Below are positions 28,785 to 39,163 of a stretch of 64,000 bases of DNA, in pieces; the stretch's first letter is position 1; every line of letters begins with the position of its first letter. Under the pieces are notes generated by a model. That model had not been told where the DNA came from and did not search any database. It worked only from the letters and a program-made list of their open reading frames with translations. The DNA is from Alphaproteobacteria bacterium (GTDB lineage: Bacteria; Pseudomonadota; Alphaproteobacteria; UBA828). The translations under genes and the position numbers were made by a program. The stretch is taken from positions 3,008,001-3,072,000 of the forward strand of contig CBDEFM010000002.1 in the NCBI GenBank assembly GCA_965237415.1. Reading direction: 5' to 3'.

Positions 28785-29236
28785 TTAGGTTTTGATGTTG
28801 AATTCTCTGATTTGGAAGGTCGCACAAACTTTGATTATCTGGCAAGAAAAGGAAATGTTTGTCTGGAGATAGAATGTAAATTTTTTTCAGCGGATATCGG
28901 AAAGAAAATACATCGGAAAAGATTGTTTCAATTTGGAGGTGTTCTTGAACCCAAGTTGCGACGCTGTCTCAGCGGGAGAGAGCACGGCTTACTCGTAAGG
29001 CTGACTCTACCCGATAGATTGCATGGTGAAGAGAAGCAGCAAGAGGAACTTTCGAATCTTGTATGCAATGCTATTTCGGAGATGAGGGAATATGACCAGA
29101 GTGGAGAGTATCAAGTGTCGATCCAAAAGTTTGATATACTCGGAAGCCCGTTTGTAAAACATTCCATCAGACATATTGATCAGATTAAAATCTCTAGTTT
29201 CCTATCCGAGCGTTTTGGTTTTGACAATAAAAACGT

Positions 29237-30268
29237 ACCGCTTATGCACTTTGTTCCGGCGCAACCAACATGTTGTAGGTGACAGGTTTGGCGCGGATGG
29301 CGATGGCGAACAGGGAGCGGAAGGTGGCGTGCCGCGTTCTGCGTCGGTTGAAGCGGAAGACGAACTCGTCGAGATAGGTTTGCAGGTATTTCCTGCGCAG
29401 CCCGTGATAGACCCCACGGGCCCAGCCCTTGAGGTTGGAGAACATCTGATGGATCCAGGGCAAGACAAGATGTGCGGCCATGGCGCCGATGACGTGGGGA
29501 TCGTGCTGGTTGACGGGGACGCCGGCATATCCGGCCCATCCATCGGTCTTGGCGGTGCTGGCCGGGGCGATGTTACGGGCGATGAAGGCGTTGAGACTGC
29601 CGGCACCGTAGTCGGTGAGAGCGGCCAGGCGCAATCGGCCCGGCTTGTTGCCGTCGCCCACCTCGATGCCACCGACCACGAGCAACTTGCCGTCATGGCT
29701 TCGCCCGGGGCCGCCGCCGCCGGGGTCGTTCTTGGTCCGGAAAGGCAGGGAGGTTTCGTCGATCTCGACCAGCCCCGACAACGGATTGCGGTCTGGATCG
29801 ACCATCGCCCGGCGCAGTTTGGCGGCCAGCATCCAGGCCGTGCGATAGGACCCGAGAGCGAGCTGCTTCTGCAGCTGAAGGGCGGAGATGCCGTTCGAAT
29901 GGGTCGCCATCAGATAGGCCGCCCAGAACCAGACCGTCAGATCGAGCTTGCTGCCGTGGAGGATCGTCCCCGCGGTCACCGAGGTCTGGCGATGGCAGCT
30001 GGTGCATTCGAAGGTGTGCGCCTTGGCTCGAAGCGCCCAGCCATGATCGTGTCCGCAACCCGGGCATTGGAAGCCCTCGGGCCAGCGCATCGAGAACAGC
30101 CAGGCGGCACAAGCAGCCTCGTCGGGAAACATTCGTTGGAAGCTGATCAGGCTCTTGGGAAAGCGCTCCATGGGGCGTGCTCCTGTCTAGAACAAAACAA
30201 GAATATCGTACTCCGTCAACCCTTCCAACGCAACATCTGGGGTGACCGGATCGTCATGCATAAGCGGT
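29237..30268 (-). mobile_element. Complete IS1595-family IS (transposase 29242-30171)
   Basis: RWPEGFQCPGC, GISALQLQKQL, VEIDET, KTDGW and YLDEFVFRFNRR motifs; TIR ACCGCTTATGCA; 8-bp TSD AAAAACGT at 29229-29236 and 30269-30276. Confidence 0.92.
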
Positions 30269-30278
30269 AAAAACGTTA

Positions 30279-30462
30279 CCTGCTTATCCATGACGCTCAG
30301 CAAGGCTGCCGAGACGCAACGTATGAGCCATCGCGGTTTCCAGTCGCTGTGCCATATCCGAGTCCGCACCGTGCAACTCCCGCCTACGTCGTTGTGACCT
30401 CGTCGGACTTAGACACGAGCAGGAACAAGGCATCGGTGAGCGGACTTTCATGGATAAGCAGG
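30279..30462. mobile_element. MITE copy 2 (inverted relative to copy 1)
   Basis: Near-identical reverse complement of 28601-28784; flanks AAACGTTA / AAACGTTT. Confidence 0.9.
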
Positions 30463-30984
30463 AAACGTTTTGGCAGTATTTGGTGAAAACAATAGAGCCA
30501 TTATAGTGGTTATAGAGAGTAGCAAATCGGACAGGGTTTTGGAGGGAATTTTGCGGCAGTTAAAGGAGGCAGCAAAGAAATAGATTTCCGGATCGTCTCC
30601 TGCAGTTCTGTGTTGTCATTTGGCAGACGTTACGGAAGCGGAACTTCTTAGCCTGAGGAATAAGGGGGAGGATGGGGTTGGCCTAGACTACATGACTACC
30701 CGTCTTCTTCTAGATAGGCCGAAACTGTTATCAGTATCCTATACGACGTCGGGAAGTGTTGAGAAAAGTCGGGTCGTTAGTGGCATGTTGTCGCAAACGC
30801 ATCTTCGGGAGAGAGGGCCAGCGTATACACTCGAGAATCCGGAACACCCGCTGGCGGGAGATAATCGATATTCAATATTTGGTGGTTTCAGTTAACGGCG
30901 ATGTGTGGAATCCCGCGATACGCTATGCTGAGATGCGAGCAATTATAAGTTGCCAAAAATGGTCAACTTACGGCCGCCATCAAC

Positions 30985-31110
30985 ACCGGTTCGTGGCGAA
31001 GAGTTACTAGACCGGGGGTTAGGTGTCGGTCGTGGTGCGCCAGTATGACGTGAACGCGAACCATGTTTTCACGTGGTGTGGCCAATGTCGGGAACTGGCG
31101 CGGGCGGATG
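30985..31110 (+). pseudogene. IS66 TnpA-like remnant
   Basis: RFVAKSY...VSVVVRQYDVNANHVFTW with internal stops. Confidence 0.55.
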
Positions 31111-31119
31111 ATGGCTTTG

Positions 31120-31235
31120 TTCTGGTGATGCAGCAGGAAGGAGCGGATTTCCTGGCGCTTGCGGGTGCGATTCTTGACCGCCGCCTCGCGAGCGCGCACC
31201 GCGTCATGGGCGGTGTCCGGCGTCCAGTTCTTGGT
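31120..31235 (-). pseudogene. IS110-family transposase remnant
   Basis: WTPDTAHDAVRAREAAVKNRTRKRQEIRSFLLHH. Confidence 0.55.
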
Positions 31236-31436
31236 CACGGGAAGGACGGCGCGGTGCTCCGCGCCGACCTCGACCTCTGGATGGCGGCCGCGGGCCTGCG
31301 CGGCACGTTGCTGGATGGGGGCGGCGACGATATCACGCTGGCGGGCATGGCCGACTCGATGATGGTGCAGACCTCGTCGGGGCGCGGTAGGGTGTGCGAG
31401 CCGGATGACCGCGTTCTTCGCTAGCCCGGATTTCTC

Positions 31437-31560
31437 GTGCGCCATTGTAAGGCGCTTTTCTCTGGCGGGTGCGAACCCCGCCCAACAACTGAGGCTCCGG
31501 TTGGTAGCAGCCAGGGCGGTTTACGGAGGTAACGAAGTGGACTGAAGCACTCTGGTGACA
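31437..31560 (+). mobile_element. Group II intron 5' fragment (start of domain I only)
   Basis: GTGCGCC...GGCGC TTTTCTCTGGCGGGTGCGAACCCCGCCC...GGAGGTAACGAAGTGGACTGAAGC; no RT gene or domain V follows. Confidence 0.55.
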
Positions 31561-31889
31561 AAGGGCTGCATGAGCAGTTCAGCCACCATGCGGGCCGGGG
31601 CGCAAGCGAACACTGTGCAGGCCCCGAAACGGCAGTCGCGGGAGCCGACCCTCCGAGAAATAGGGGAAGGCCGATGGTGGACCGGGAAGCGAGCCTCAGG
31701 AGCTGGTGGGCCAGAAGAAGGCGGTGGCCATCGCGGTACGCAACGCCTCGGGACGCCGGCGCTGGTCGAAGCTGGACGAATGGCTGGCCGGCGCGAAGGA
31801 CGGTGCGGGAGGAGGGATCGGCCCGGAAGCGGGGTCTGTACCGGGATCGCCGTTGACCGGCGCGATGCCGTACGGGTAACTGGCGGGCG

Positions 31890-32501
31890 ATGAGCGACAC
31901 TGATCGGAACCTCGACCGCCTGCAGGAACTGCTGGACGCCATCCCGGCCGATCGGGAGGGCATGGGCGTCGCGGAGTTGGACGGCTATGTCGCGGCCCTG
32001 ATCGTCTGCCCGGACACGATTCTGCCGTCCGAATGGCTATCGGGGGTTTGGGGGGAGGATCATGTCTTCGAGGATGCCGTGGGCGCCGAGGCGACGATCG
32101 CCGCGGTGATGGGGCATCACAACCGGATCGCGCGGGAGCTGGCGGAACGCCCGGAGGACTACGCGCCGGTCCTGGGAATGGACACTAACAGCGGCGAGAC
32201 CTTGTCGCCAGCCTTCGACATTAATCCATCGCCTTCGAGGCACCGCGTTCTTGAGACCGGCATCATCCAAGGCGGGTCATTTGATGCGTCGCTCGATCTG
32301 GCCCTTGAGGCGTGCGAATTTTTCGATGTCAAATCAGAAGTAGCCAAGCAGCATGCGGTGGAGATGGCCAGGATTGTCGCTGGTAATTGGAAGCAAGGCC
32401 TGCGCGAAGAGGAAGAGGCATCATCGGACGACGACATTCGCGGATATGCGGAGGCCTTTGAGCATGCTGAGGCAGAAAAGGCTTTGAGTCTTGATGGGTG
32501 A
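31890..32501 (+). CDS. Chimeric ORF: UPF0149/YecA N-terminus fused to HipA-like C-terminal tail
   Basis: MGVAELDGYVAALIVCPDTILPSEWL (UPF0149) followed by LSPAFDINP...ASLDLAL...FF (HipA C-terminus). Confidence 0.65.
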   Translation: MSDTDRNLDRLQELLDAIPADREGMGVAELDGYVAALIVCPDTILPSEWLSGVWGEDHVFEDAVGAEATIAAVMGHHNRIARELAERPEDYAPVLGMDTNSGETLSPAFDINPSPSRHRVLETGIIQGGSFDASLDLALEACEFFDVKSEVAKQHAVEMARIVAGNWKQGLREEEEASSDDDIRGYAEAFEHAEAEKALSLDG

Positions 32502-32619
32502 TGCCAGGGCCGTCGAGGTAAGCTCGTCACATTCGGTTCAGATCGATGTCGAACATCGGCTTGGAAGTCTGTTTCGTACCCCCAGATACCCACGTCTGCG
32601 TGGAAGTAAGGGTTAAACA

Positions 32620-33408
32620 GTGCCGATTTCCTTTACCCCGATTCAGGAGAAAGGCTGTTGGTGCGGCTCGACTTGGACGGTCAATGATGAAGACACGTTG
32701 GCGGACATGATTGCTCGTGTTGCCCTTGGTCAGTCGCGCTCTGTGGAACGTATTTTGCACGCCACGGACGCAATGCCCTCGGAGCATCCGACTGGTGGGT
32801 TTGCTGGCGCCAGGGCACTGCTCACGGTCGAAGATGGGACGGACCCTTACCACCGGGATGGCTGGGTGTTTCAAGTGATCTCTTGGATCGCGGCGCATCG
32901 CCAGAGTGATGATGCTTTGATCCGTGCCCCTCAAATGATTAAAGCCGACAAAGGGCTCGATGGGCTGATGATCGAGTTTGAAGACGATGATCTCTCGCGT
33001 GTTGTTATCTGCGAGGATAAGGCCACAGAACGTGCGCGGCGGCGGGTTAAAAATACTGTCTGGCCGGAGTTCGAAGACTTCGAGACAGGCGCGCGCGACA
33101 ACGAGCTAGTGGCTACGGTGACGGCTATGTTGGAGAGGTCTGGCGATCCCCAGCCGGACAAGACCATTGCTGATATCCTGTGGCGTGACACGCGCGCCTA
33201 CAGGGTCGCTGTCACGGTCGGTGACCGCCATTCGACTGATGCTGGACGCAAGCGTCTGTTCAAGGGTTACGACAAAATTGTCTCTGGAAGGGCCGCCCGA
33301 CGACGGGCTGAAACGCTGCTCTTGGACGATATCCGTGACTGGATCGATTCAATCGCGGCAAGGGCGGTTGCGGTGATTGATTCAGCGGAGGATCAGGCCG
33401 ATGTATGA
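32620..33408 (+). CDS. hamA: Hachiman HamA-like nuclease
   Basis: KGLDGL...ICEDKAT PD-(D/E)xK-type motif; overlaps the downstream Ski2-like helicase by 8 bp. Confidence 0.7.
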   Translation: MPISFTPIQEKGCWCGSTWTVNDEDTLADMIARVALGQSRSVERILHATDAMPSEHPTGGFAGARALLTVEDGTDPYHRDGWVFQVISWIAAHRQSDDALIRAPQMIKADKGLDGLMIEFEDDDLSRVVICEDKATERARRRVKNTVWPEFEDFETGARDNELVATVTAMLERSGDPQPDKTIADILWRDTRAYRVAVTVGDRHSTDAGRKRLFKGYDKIVSGRAARRRAETLLLDDIRDWIDSIAARAVAVIDSAEDQADV

Positions 33409-36400
33409 TCCTGATACCGCCGCTTTGATACGATCCGCGCCGGATCTGCCTGATCTGGATAGAGAGGCCTTACCTGACGCGCTTTCGCGTGCCTTTGCGG
33501 AGATAGCCTCTGCACGAGTGCTGTTGCGTGAAGGTGCCGAAGATCCGAGCGGTCTCCATGAGACGATCGGTTTCGCGAAGCGTCTTGCTCAGGCCTATGA
33601 GGCGTTGGTTGCCATCGATCCGGATCGCGAGAATAGAGCAGCAGCAGGCTTTGTTTCGGCCACGGCCTACCAACTGGTCTATCAAGCCACAGCGCTGCAC
33701 AGGCCGGAGCAACCAGCAGCGTTTTTGAGAGCAGATGGCATCAGTCCGGATGTTTCGGCCATGCTTCTCTTTCTTGTCGCCGAAGCGACCGCGGATTCCT
33801 CTGAAGTGGCGCGCAGCATTCGGCGTCCCAGAGACGCGCGATTGCAATCCGAGTTGATCCTGCATCTGACAATGCTTGCGCGGGGACAAGTGGGCCGGAT
33901 CATAGAGCGCAAAAGCCCGTCCATGGCGACGGTCGTTGTGGGGTCGGGCGCTGAAAGGGCGAATGTTGCTCTCTACTATCGGATTCTGCGCGGTGTTCGC
34001 GCGCTGGCGTTTCGTCTCCAGGGGCGGCGGGTAACGGGCATGGCTGACCCAATCGCCGTGTTCGCAGAGGTGAAGGCGCTGGCGGCGCCGGCCGTAGACG
34101 AGGAGATTGATGGACTCGACCATGGCGCGCTTGTTGTGTTTCCGGGGCCGTTTCATCTCGCCAGCCTTCTCATGGCGGTAGGCGCGGCCCTAATGGAGGG
34201 GGCGGTTGTCAACTTGCCACCGCCGGACGGCTTGCCCGAAAATCGCTGGCGCGCCGCCATGAAGACGGTTGCGGAAACACGCCCCTATTTGTGGCGCAAC
34301 CACAAAGAGGCGGCCGCGCGCGGTTATCTTGAAAACGGAACATCGTCGGCAATCGGATTTCCGACAGGTGCAGGCAAATCGACGACCGGGCAGCTCAAAA
34401 TACACTCCACGCTGCTCGCCGGGCGAAAGGCTGTGTTTCTAGCACCGACGCATGCGCTGGTCGACCAGACGGCGAGGGATTTGCGCGGCGCTTTCCCGAA
34501 AGCGACCGTTCAAGGTGAACGTGTTGATGAATTCGGATTTTCGAGTGACGAGGAAGATCTTCCGGACATTATGGTGATGACGCCGGAAGCCTGCCTGCTT
34601 CTGACTCATATGGAGCCGGAGAGATTTGAAGATGTCGGGCTGCTAATTTTCGACGAATGCCATCTCATTCATCCGAAAACGGATGGAGACCGACGTGCGA
34701 TCGACGCCATGCTCTGCATTCTTGGCTTCGTGCGTGTAGCGCCCGAGGCTGATATCGTTCTGTTGTCTGCTATGATGAAGAATACAGACGAGCTTAGTGC
34801 ATGGCTTGCGGATCTGACGGGACGAAAGGCGCTGGCGCTCGATAATGCGTGGAAGCCGACGCGTCAGCTGCGCGGGTGCATCGTTTATGACATAGATCGA
34901 CTACAGGCTTTGGAAAAAATCCTTCGTTCTGGCCGTCGAAAAAAGCAAACGGGCGGAGCACCCGCTGCGCTGAAACAGCAGATGACAGCTCTCCCAAGCG
35001 CGTTCTTCAGTGTCAAACAGACATGGGCGTCTCAGATTAGAAACGACTATGCATTGCTGCCCTTCTTCTCCGAGGAGTTGCCGTTGGCGGTCAACAAAAA
35101 CTGGGGTCTGACCCCAAACTCAGGGGTTGTAGCAGCGTCCATCGCTGCCGCTGCGGCTGAAGCTGGGATCCGCACATTGGTTTTCTCTCAGTCCATTCCA
35201 AATGCGGTGTCGATATCCGAGAAAGCGGCGACGACACTTGGACCGTGTGAGATTGAACTGACCGAGACCGAGCGACGCGCGTATGACATCGCCGTTGATG
35301 AGTTGGGTGATGCACACCAGCTGTATCTGACCCTCGAAAGTGGCAAACTCGTGGTCCAGGCCGGGACACATCACGGCCAGTTGCTGCCAGAAGAGCGGCA
35401 ATTGGCGGAGTCGCTCTACAAGCGGAGTGACGGATTATCTGTCTTGGCAGCAACGCCCACGCTCAGTCAGGGCATGAATCTGCCAGCCGAACTCGTCATT
35501 ATCGCCGAGGATAGCCAGTACAATGCGGATGCCGGACGACGTGACATACTGGATCCTGAAGACCTCCTTAACGCAGCCGGGCGGGCGGGCCGAGCCGGTG
35601 AGAGTGCGACGGGCATCGTGCTGGTCATTCCAGGGAAAGTGGTGGGTCTTGATGACACCGAGAACAAGATCGGCAGTCGCTGGTCGCGGCTGCGGGATAT
35701 TTTCGGGCAATCTGATCAGTGTCTCGTGCTCGACGATCCGTTCACTGCGTTGATGGATCGCATTCATGACCAAGCGGCAGAGATTGGTGACCTCGAAAAA
35801 TATGTAGTCGCTCGCCTTGCCGAAACCGATGAAGGCGAGAATGAGGTCCGAGAAGTGCGTCTTGGGCTCGCACGGAGTTTTGCCGCGTTTCGAAAGAAGC
35901 AGGCTGATGACAACGATTGGGTCGCTAGCCGCACTGCGTCTGCTCTAGCGCTGTTCAATGAAGGGGGTGTGGGCTCCACGATTGAGCGGCAGCCGCTTCG
36001 CGACCTTGCCTCTATGCTGGGTATGCCCGAAGATGTGTTGGCAAGGCTTGCCAATGATGTCGTTGCAGCTGGGCTGGCTGTCAATACGAGCGTTTCTGAT
36101 TGGTGCGGTTGGATATTTCAATGGCTTGAGCAACATCCGGAAGATATGTTCCGTCTCTTGAAAATCGAAAACTTTGAGTATTTGCTCGGCGCCAATTTCA
36201 AGAGTTTGGGAACCGATGTAGAGCGCGCTGCATCCTCGGTACCAATACTTCAGGCGGCGCTGCAAAAATGGATGGGCGGTGTGCCTCTCATGGATATTCA
36301 GACCGTACTGTCCACCAAGACACGGGATATCAAACACAGCACGAGCGCACGTAAGTTTGTTATCCGCGTGGTTCCCGATCTCGCGCATGTGCTGGGTGCG

Positions 36401-36712
36401 CCACTTCAAATCTTCATGCGATTGGTCAGCGCCGGAAAAGAGGAACCGCAAGAACCAAGGCCAGGATTAGCGTACCTTAATCAATGTGTTCGGCGCGGAT
36501 ATAGCTGCGCGGAGATGGCGTCATTTTCTATACAAATGCGATCGGCAGAATGGGCTCGGCGCGAGACCCACAGGCGGTTCGCAGAGATTGTCCCGCACTT
36601 GAAAGCGGCAACGAAGAACGAGACCGGCGCTATGTTGGAGGCGCGCGTCGAAGGCGCGATGGACGCAGAACTGAATAATCGCGACTGGTCTGACGTTCAG
36701 TCGTTGGCCTAA
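33401..36712 (+). CDS. hamB: Hachiman HamB-like SF2 (Ski2-like) DExH helicase
   Basis: PTGAGKS, DECH, LLSAM, HHGQL, TPTLSQGMNLPA and AGRAGRAG motifs; long helical N-terminus. Confidence 0.8.
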   Translation: MYDPDTAALIRSAPDLPDLDREALPDALSRAFAEIASARVLLREGAEDPSGLHETIGFAKRLAQAYEALVAIDPDRENRAAAGFVSATAYQLVYQATALHRPEQPAAFLRADGISPDVSAMLLFLVAEATADSSEVARSIRRPRDARLQSELILHLTMLARGQVGRIIERKSPSMATVVVGSGAERANVALYYRILRGVRALAFRLQGRRVTGMADPIAVFAEVKALAAPAVDEEIDGLDHGALVVFPGPFHLASLLMAVGAALMEGAVVNLPPPDGLPENRWRAAMKTVAETRPYLWRNHKEAAARGYLENGTSSAIGFPTGAGKSTTGQLKIHSTLLAGRKAVFLAPTHALVDQTARDLRGAFPKATVQGERVDEFGFSSDEEDLPDIMVMTPEACLLLTHMEPERFEDVGLLIFDECHLIHPKTDGDRRAIDAMLCILGFVRVAPEADIVLLSAMMKNTDELSAWLADLTGRKALALDNAWKPTRQLRGCIVYDIDRLQALEKILRSGRRKKQTGGAPAALKQQMTALPSAFFSVKQTWASQIRNDYALLPFFSEELPLAVNKNWGLTPNSGVVAASIAAAAAEAGIRTLVFSQSIPNAVSISEKAATTLGPCEIELTETERRAYDIAVDELGDAHQLYLTLESGKLVVQAGTHHGQLLPEERQLAESLYKRSDGLSVLAATPTLSQGMNLPAELVIIAEDSQYNADAGRRDILDPEDLLNAAGRAGRAGESATGIVLVIPGKVVGLDDTENKIGSRWSRLRDIFGQSDQCLVLDDPFTALMDRIHDQAAEIGDLEKYVVARLAETDEGENEVREVRLGLARSFAAFRKKQADDNDWVASRTASALALFNEGGVGSTIERQPLRDLASMLGMPEDVLARLANDVVAAGLAVNTSVSDWCGWIFQWLEQHPEDMFRLLKIENFEYLLGANFKSLGTDVERAASSVPILQAALQKWMGGVPLMDIQTVLSTKTRDIKHSTSARKFVIRVVPDLAHVLGAPLQIFMRLVSAGKEEPQEPRPGLAYLNQCVRRGYSCAEMASFSIQMRSAEWARRETHRRFAEIVPHLKAATKNETGAMLEARVEGAMDAELNNRDWSDVQSLA

Positions 36713-37331
36713 TGGGCTCGAAGCCTTGGCATTGATCCAACTGCCGATCTCGAAGTGCTGGACAAGTTCACCCGTGAGAGCCTGGTATAGCGCGACAATG
36801 TGGGGGGGGCGGACGGGTCGCCCGCGGCGAGGATCCCGCTGACCAGCGCACGGAGGCGCGGGGCGTGCCGACCCTGGCCCAAGTCTTCGAGGGCTACATG
36901 GCGTCCAATCATAACCGGGCCGCCAACACCGTGAGGTTTCACCGACAGAACCTGCGGGTCAACCTCTCCGATTGGCTGCAGCGTCCTCTGGACCGAACCA
37001 CGCGCCAGAACGTGGAGGATCGTTCAACCTGATAGCCACCAAGCACAGGAATGCCGTAGATTGTGAATTGATCGTTTCAGCGGTCCGGGAGCTGCGATAG
37101 GTCGGCCTCCGGCGAAGCCTCGAACCCCGACGAAGAGGTCATGGAAAGCCAGCCGTAGTCGGGAGTTTGAATTTGACCGCTTTCGCTACGATGACGGGTG
37201 TCCGCGCCTGTTTCCGTGGGCGAGGTGAAGAATGGAGGAAATGCACGGCTCTAGGCGAGCCCTCGCCGCATCGGATCGTGATCCTGACGAAACTAGCATG
37301 AACGTGGCTCGGGTCACCGGAATTGAAGCGC

Positions 37332-37814
37332 CTAGAGGATATCGGCGGCGATGCTGACGGCGATTCGCTCGGCGGATTCCCTGATCGAGTCGCGCGCAAG
37401 GTGCGCATAGCGCGCGGTCGTCTCGACCCGGCGGTGACCGAGGAGTCGGCCGATGATCGGGAGGCCCTCACCGAGTGCGAGCGCCCGCGAGGCGAAGCTG
37501 TGCCGGATGTCATGGATGCGCACGTCGTGGAGCCCGGCCCGCACGCGGATGGCCTCCCACGACCCGTCGATGTCGGTCATGTGCGTGCCCGGCTTGGCTC
37601 CCGGAATGACCCAGAGACTGCCGGGCTTGGGCGGCAGGGCCTCCAGGACGCGGACGGCCGACGGCGACAAGTGGACCGTGCGGGCGTCCGTCTTTCCGTC
37701 GACGATGCGCATCTCGGCCTTGTCGAGATCGACGTGCTCCCAGCGCAGAGTCAGGATTTCGTTTCGGCGGCAGCCCGTCAGCATCAGCAAGCGGATCGTC
37801 GCAATCGCGCCGGC
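37332..37814 (-). pseudogene. Tyrosine integrase C-terminal remnant (paralog of 2592-3025)
   Basis: [10 protein letters not shown]...[16 protein letters not shown]...LLGH...TTARYAH. Confidence 0.85.
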
Positions 37815-37895
37815 GGATATCCACAGCGGAGGCCATCGCGGTTCCGGTTTAGGGTTGGGCTAGAGCGAACCAACCTGACCCGAAGGAGAACCACG

Positions 37896-39092
37896 ATGAC
37901 CCAGGACATGATGACCCTGCGCGCGCTTTTGGAGAAGAGCTCCGATGCCGATCTGCTTCGCGAGATGATCGGCTTCACGGCCGAGCGGCTGATGGCAGTG
38001 GAGGTCGAGGGCCTGACCGGCGCCGGGCACGGCGAGCGCTCGGCGGATCGTATCACCCATCGCAACGGCTACCGCGGCCGGAGCTGGGAGACCCGGGCCG
38101 GCACGGTGGAGTTGAAGATCCCGAAGCTGAGGAAGGGGAGCTACTTCCCCGGCTTCCTGGAGCCGCGGCGGATGGCCGAGAAGGCGCTGGCTGCGGTGGT
38201 CCAGGAGGCCTACATCCAGGGGGTGTCGACCCGCTCGGTCGACGATCTGGTTCAGGCGATGGGGATGTCGGGCGTCTCCAAGAGCCAGGTCTCCAGGCTG
38301 TGCGGCGAGATCGACGATAAGGTCAACGGCTTCCTCGATCGACCGCTGGAGGGCGACTGGCCCTATCTCTGGCTCGACGCCACCTATGTGAAGGTGCGCG
38401 AGGCCGGGCGCATCGTCTCGGTCGCGGTGACCGTGGCTGTGGCCGTCAACGACCAAGGCCGCCGCGAGGTCCTCGGCATGGCGATCGGCGCGTCGGAGGC
38501 CGAGACCTTCTGGACCGAGTTCCTGCGCAGCCTCGCCCGGCGCGGGCTGCGCGGCGTGAAGCTGGTGATCTCCGACGACCACAAGGGCCTGAAGGCCGCC
38601 GCGACCCGGATCCTCGGCGCCACATGGCAGCGCTGCCGCGTGCACTTCGCCCGCAACCTGCTGGCCCATGCCGGCAGGCAGGGCCGGCGCGTCGTCTCCG
38701 CCTTCGTCGCCACCGCCTTCGCCCAGGAGGACGCCGACAGCGCCAAGGCCCAGTGGCGCCAGGTCGCCGACCAACTCAGGCCCAAGGTGCCCAAGCTGGC
38801 AGTTCTCATGGACGAAGCCGAGCACGACGTCCTCGCCTACATGAGCTTCCCCAGGGAGCACCGCCAGAAATTGCATTCGACCAACCCGATCGAACGGCTC
38901 CATGCCGAGGTCAAGCGCCGCACCAACGTCGTCGGTATCTTTCCCAACGAAGCCGCTATCACACGGCTCGTCGGTGCCATCCTTCTCGAGCAGAACGACG
39001 AGTGGGCCGTCTCAAGGAGATACATGACGCTGGAATCCATCGCTCCGCTGCGCGATGGTGTCCCCATCACGCTGCCCACCGTGGCAGCCTGA
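37896..39092 (+). mobile_element. IS256-family transposase (right end ~39163; left end appears missing)
   Basis: RNGYR.R.WETRAG...[33 protein letters not shown] and STNPIERL motifs. Confidence 0.93.
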
Positions 39093-39163
39093 ACGTCCCG
39101 GCCCTACCCGCCGGGAGCCGCGTAGAGCGCAACGCTCTTACACCACGCGCCGGGACACGATCA

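Larger units (their letters stand above)
28185..30895 (+). pseudogene. AT-rich PD-(D/E)xK nuclease-like gene broken by two MITEs, an IS1595 and nonsense codons
   Basis: Removing the insertions joins ...SYEVKVATHLMTLGFDVEFSDLEGRTNFDYLARKGNVCLEIECK... and ...FDNKNVLAVFGENNR...; stops at 28509 and 30581. Confidence 0.7.

Noticed and set aside
36713-37320. Possible IS3 or integrase scraps after hamB
   Set aside because: Only a few codons of resemblance with frameshifts; cannot be supported without a search.
37323-37895. Apparent 190-aa N-terminal extension of the IS256 transposase
   Set aside because: It is the antisense of the integrase remnant; the transposase starts at ATG 37896 after an AAGGAG RBS.
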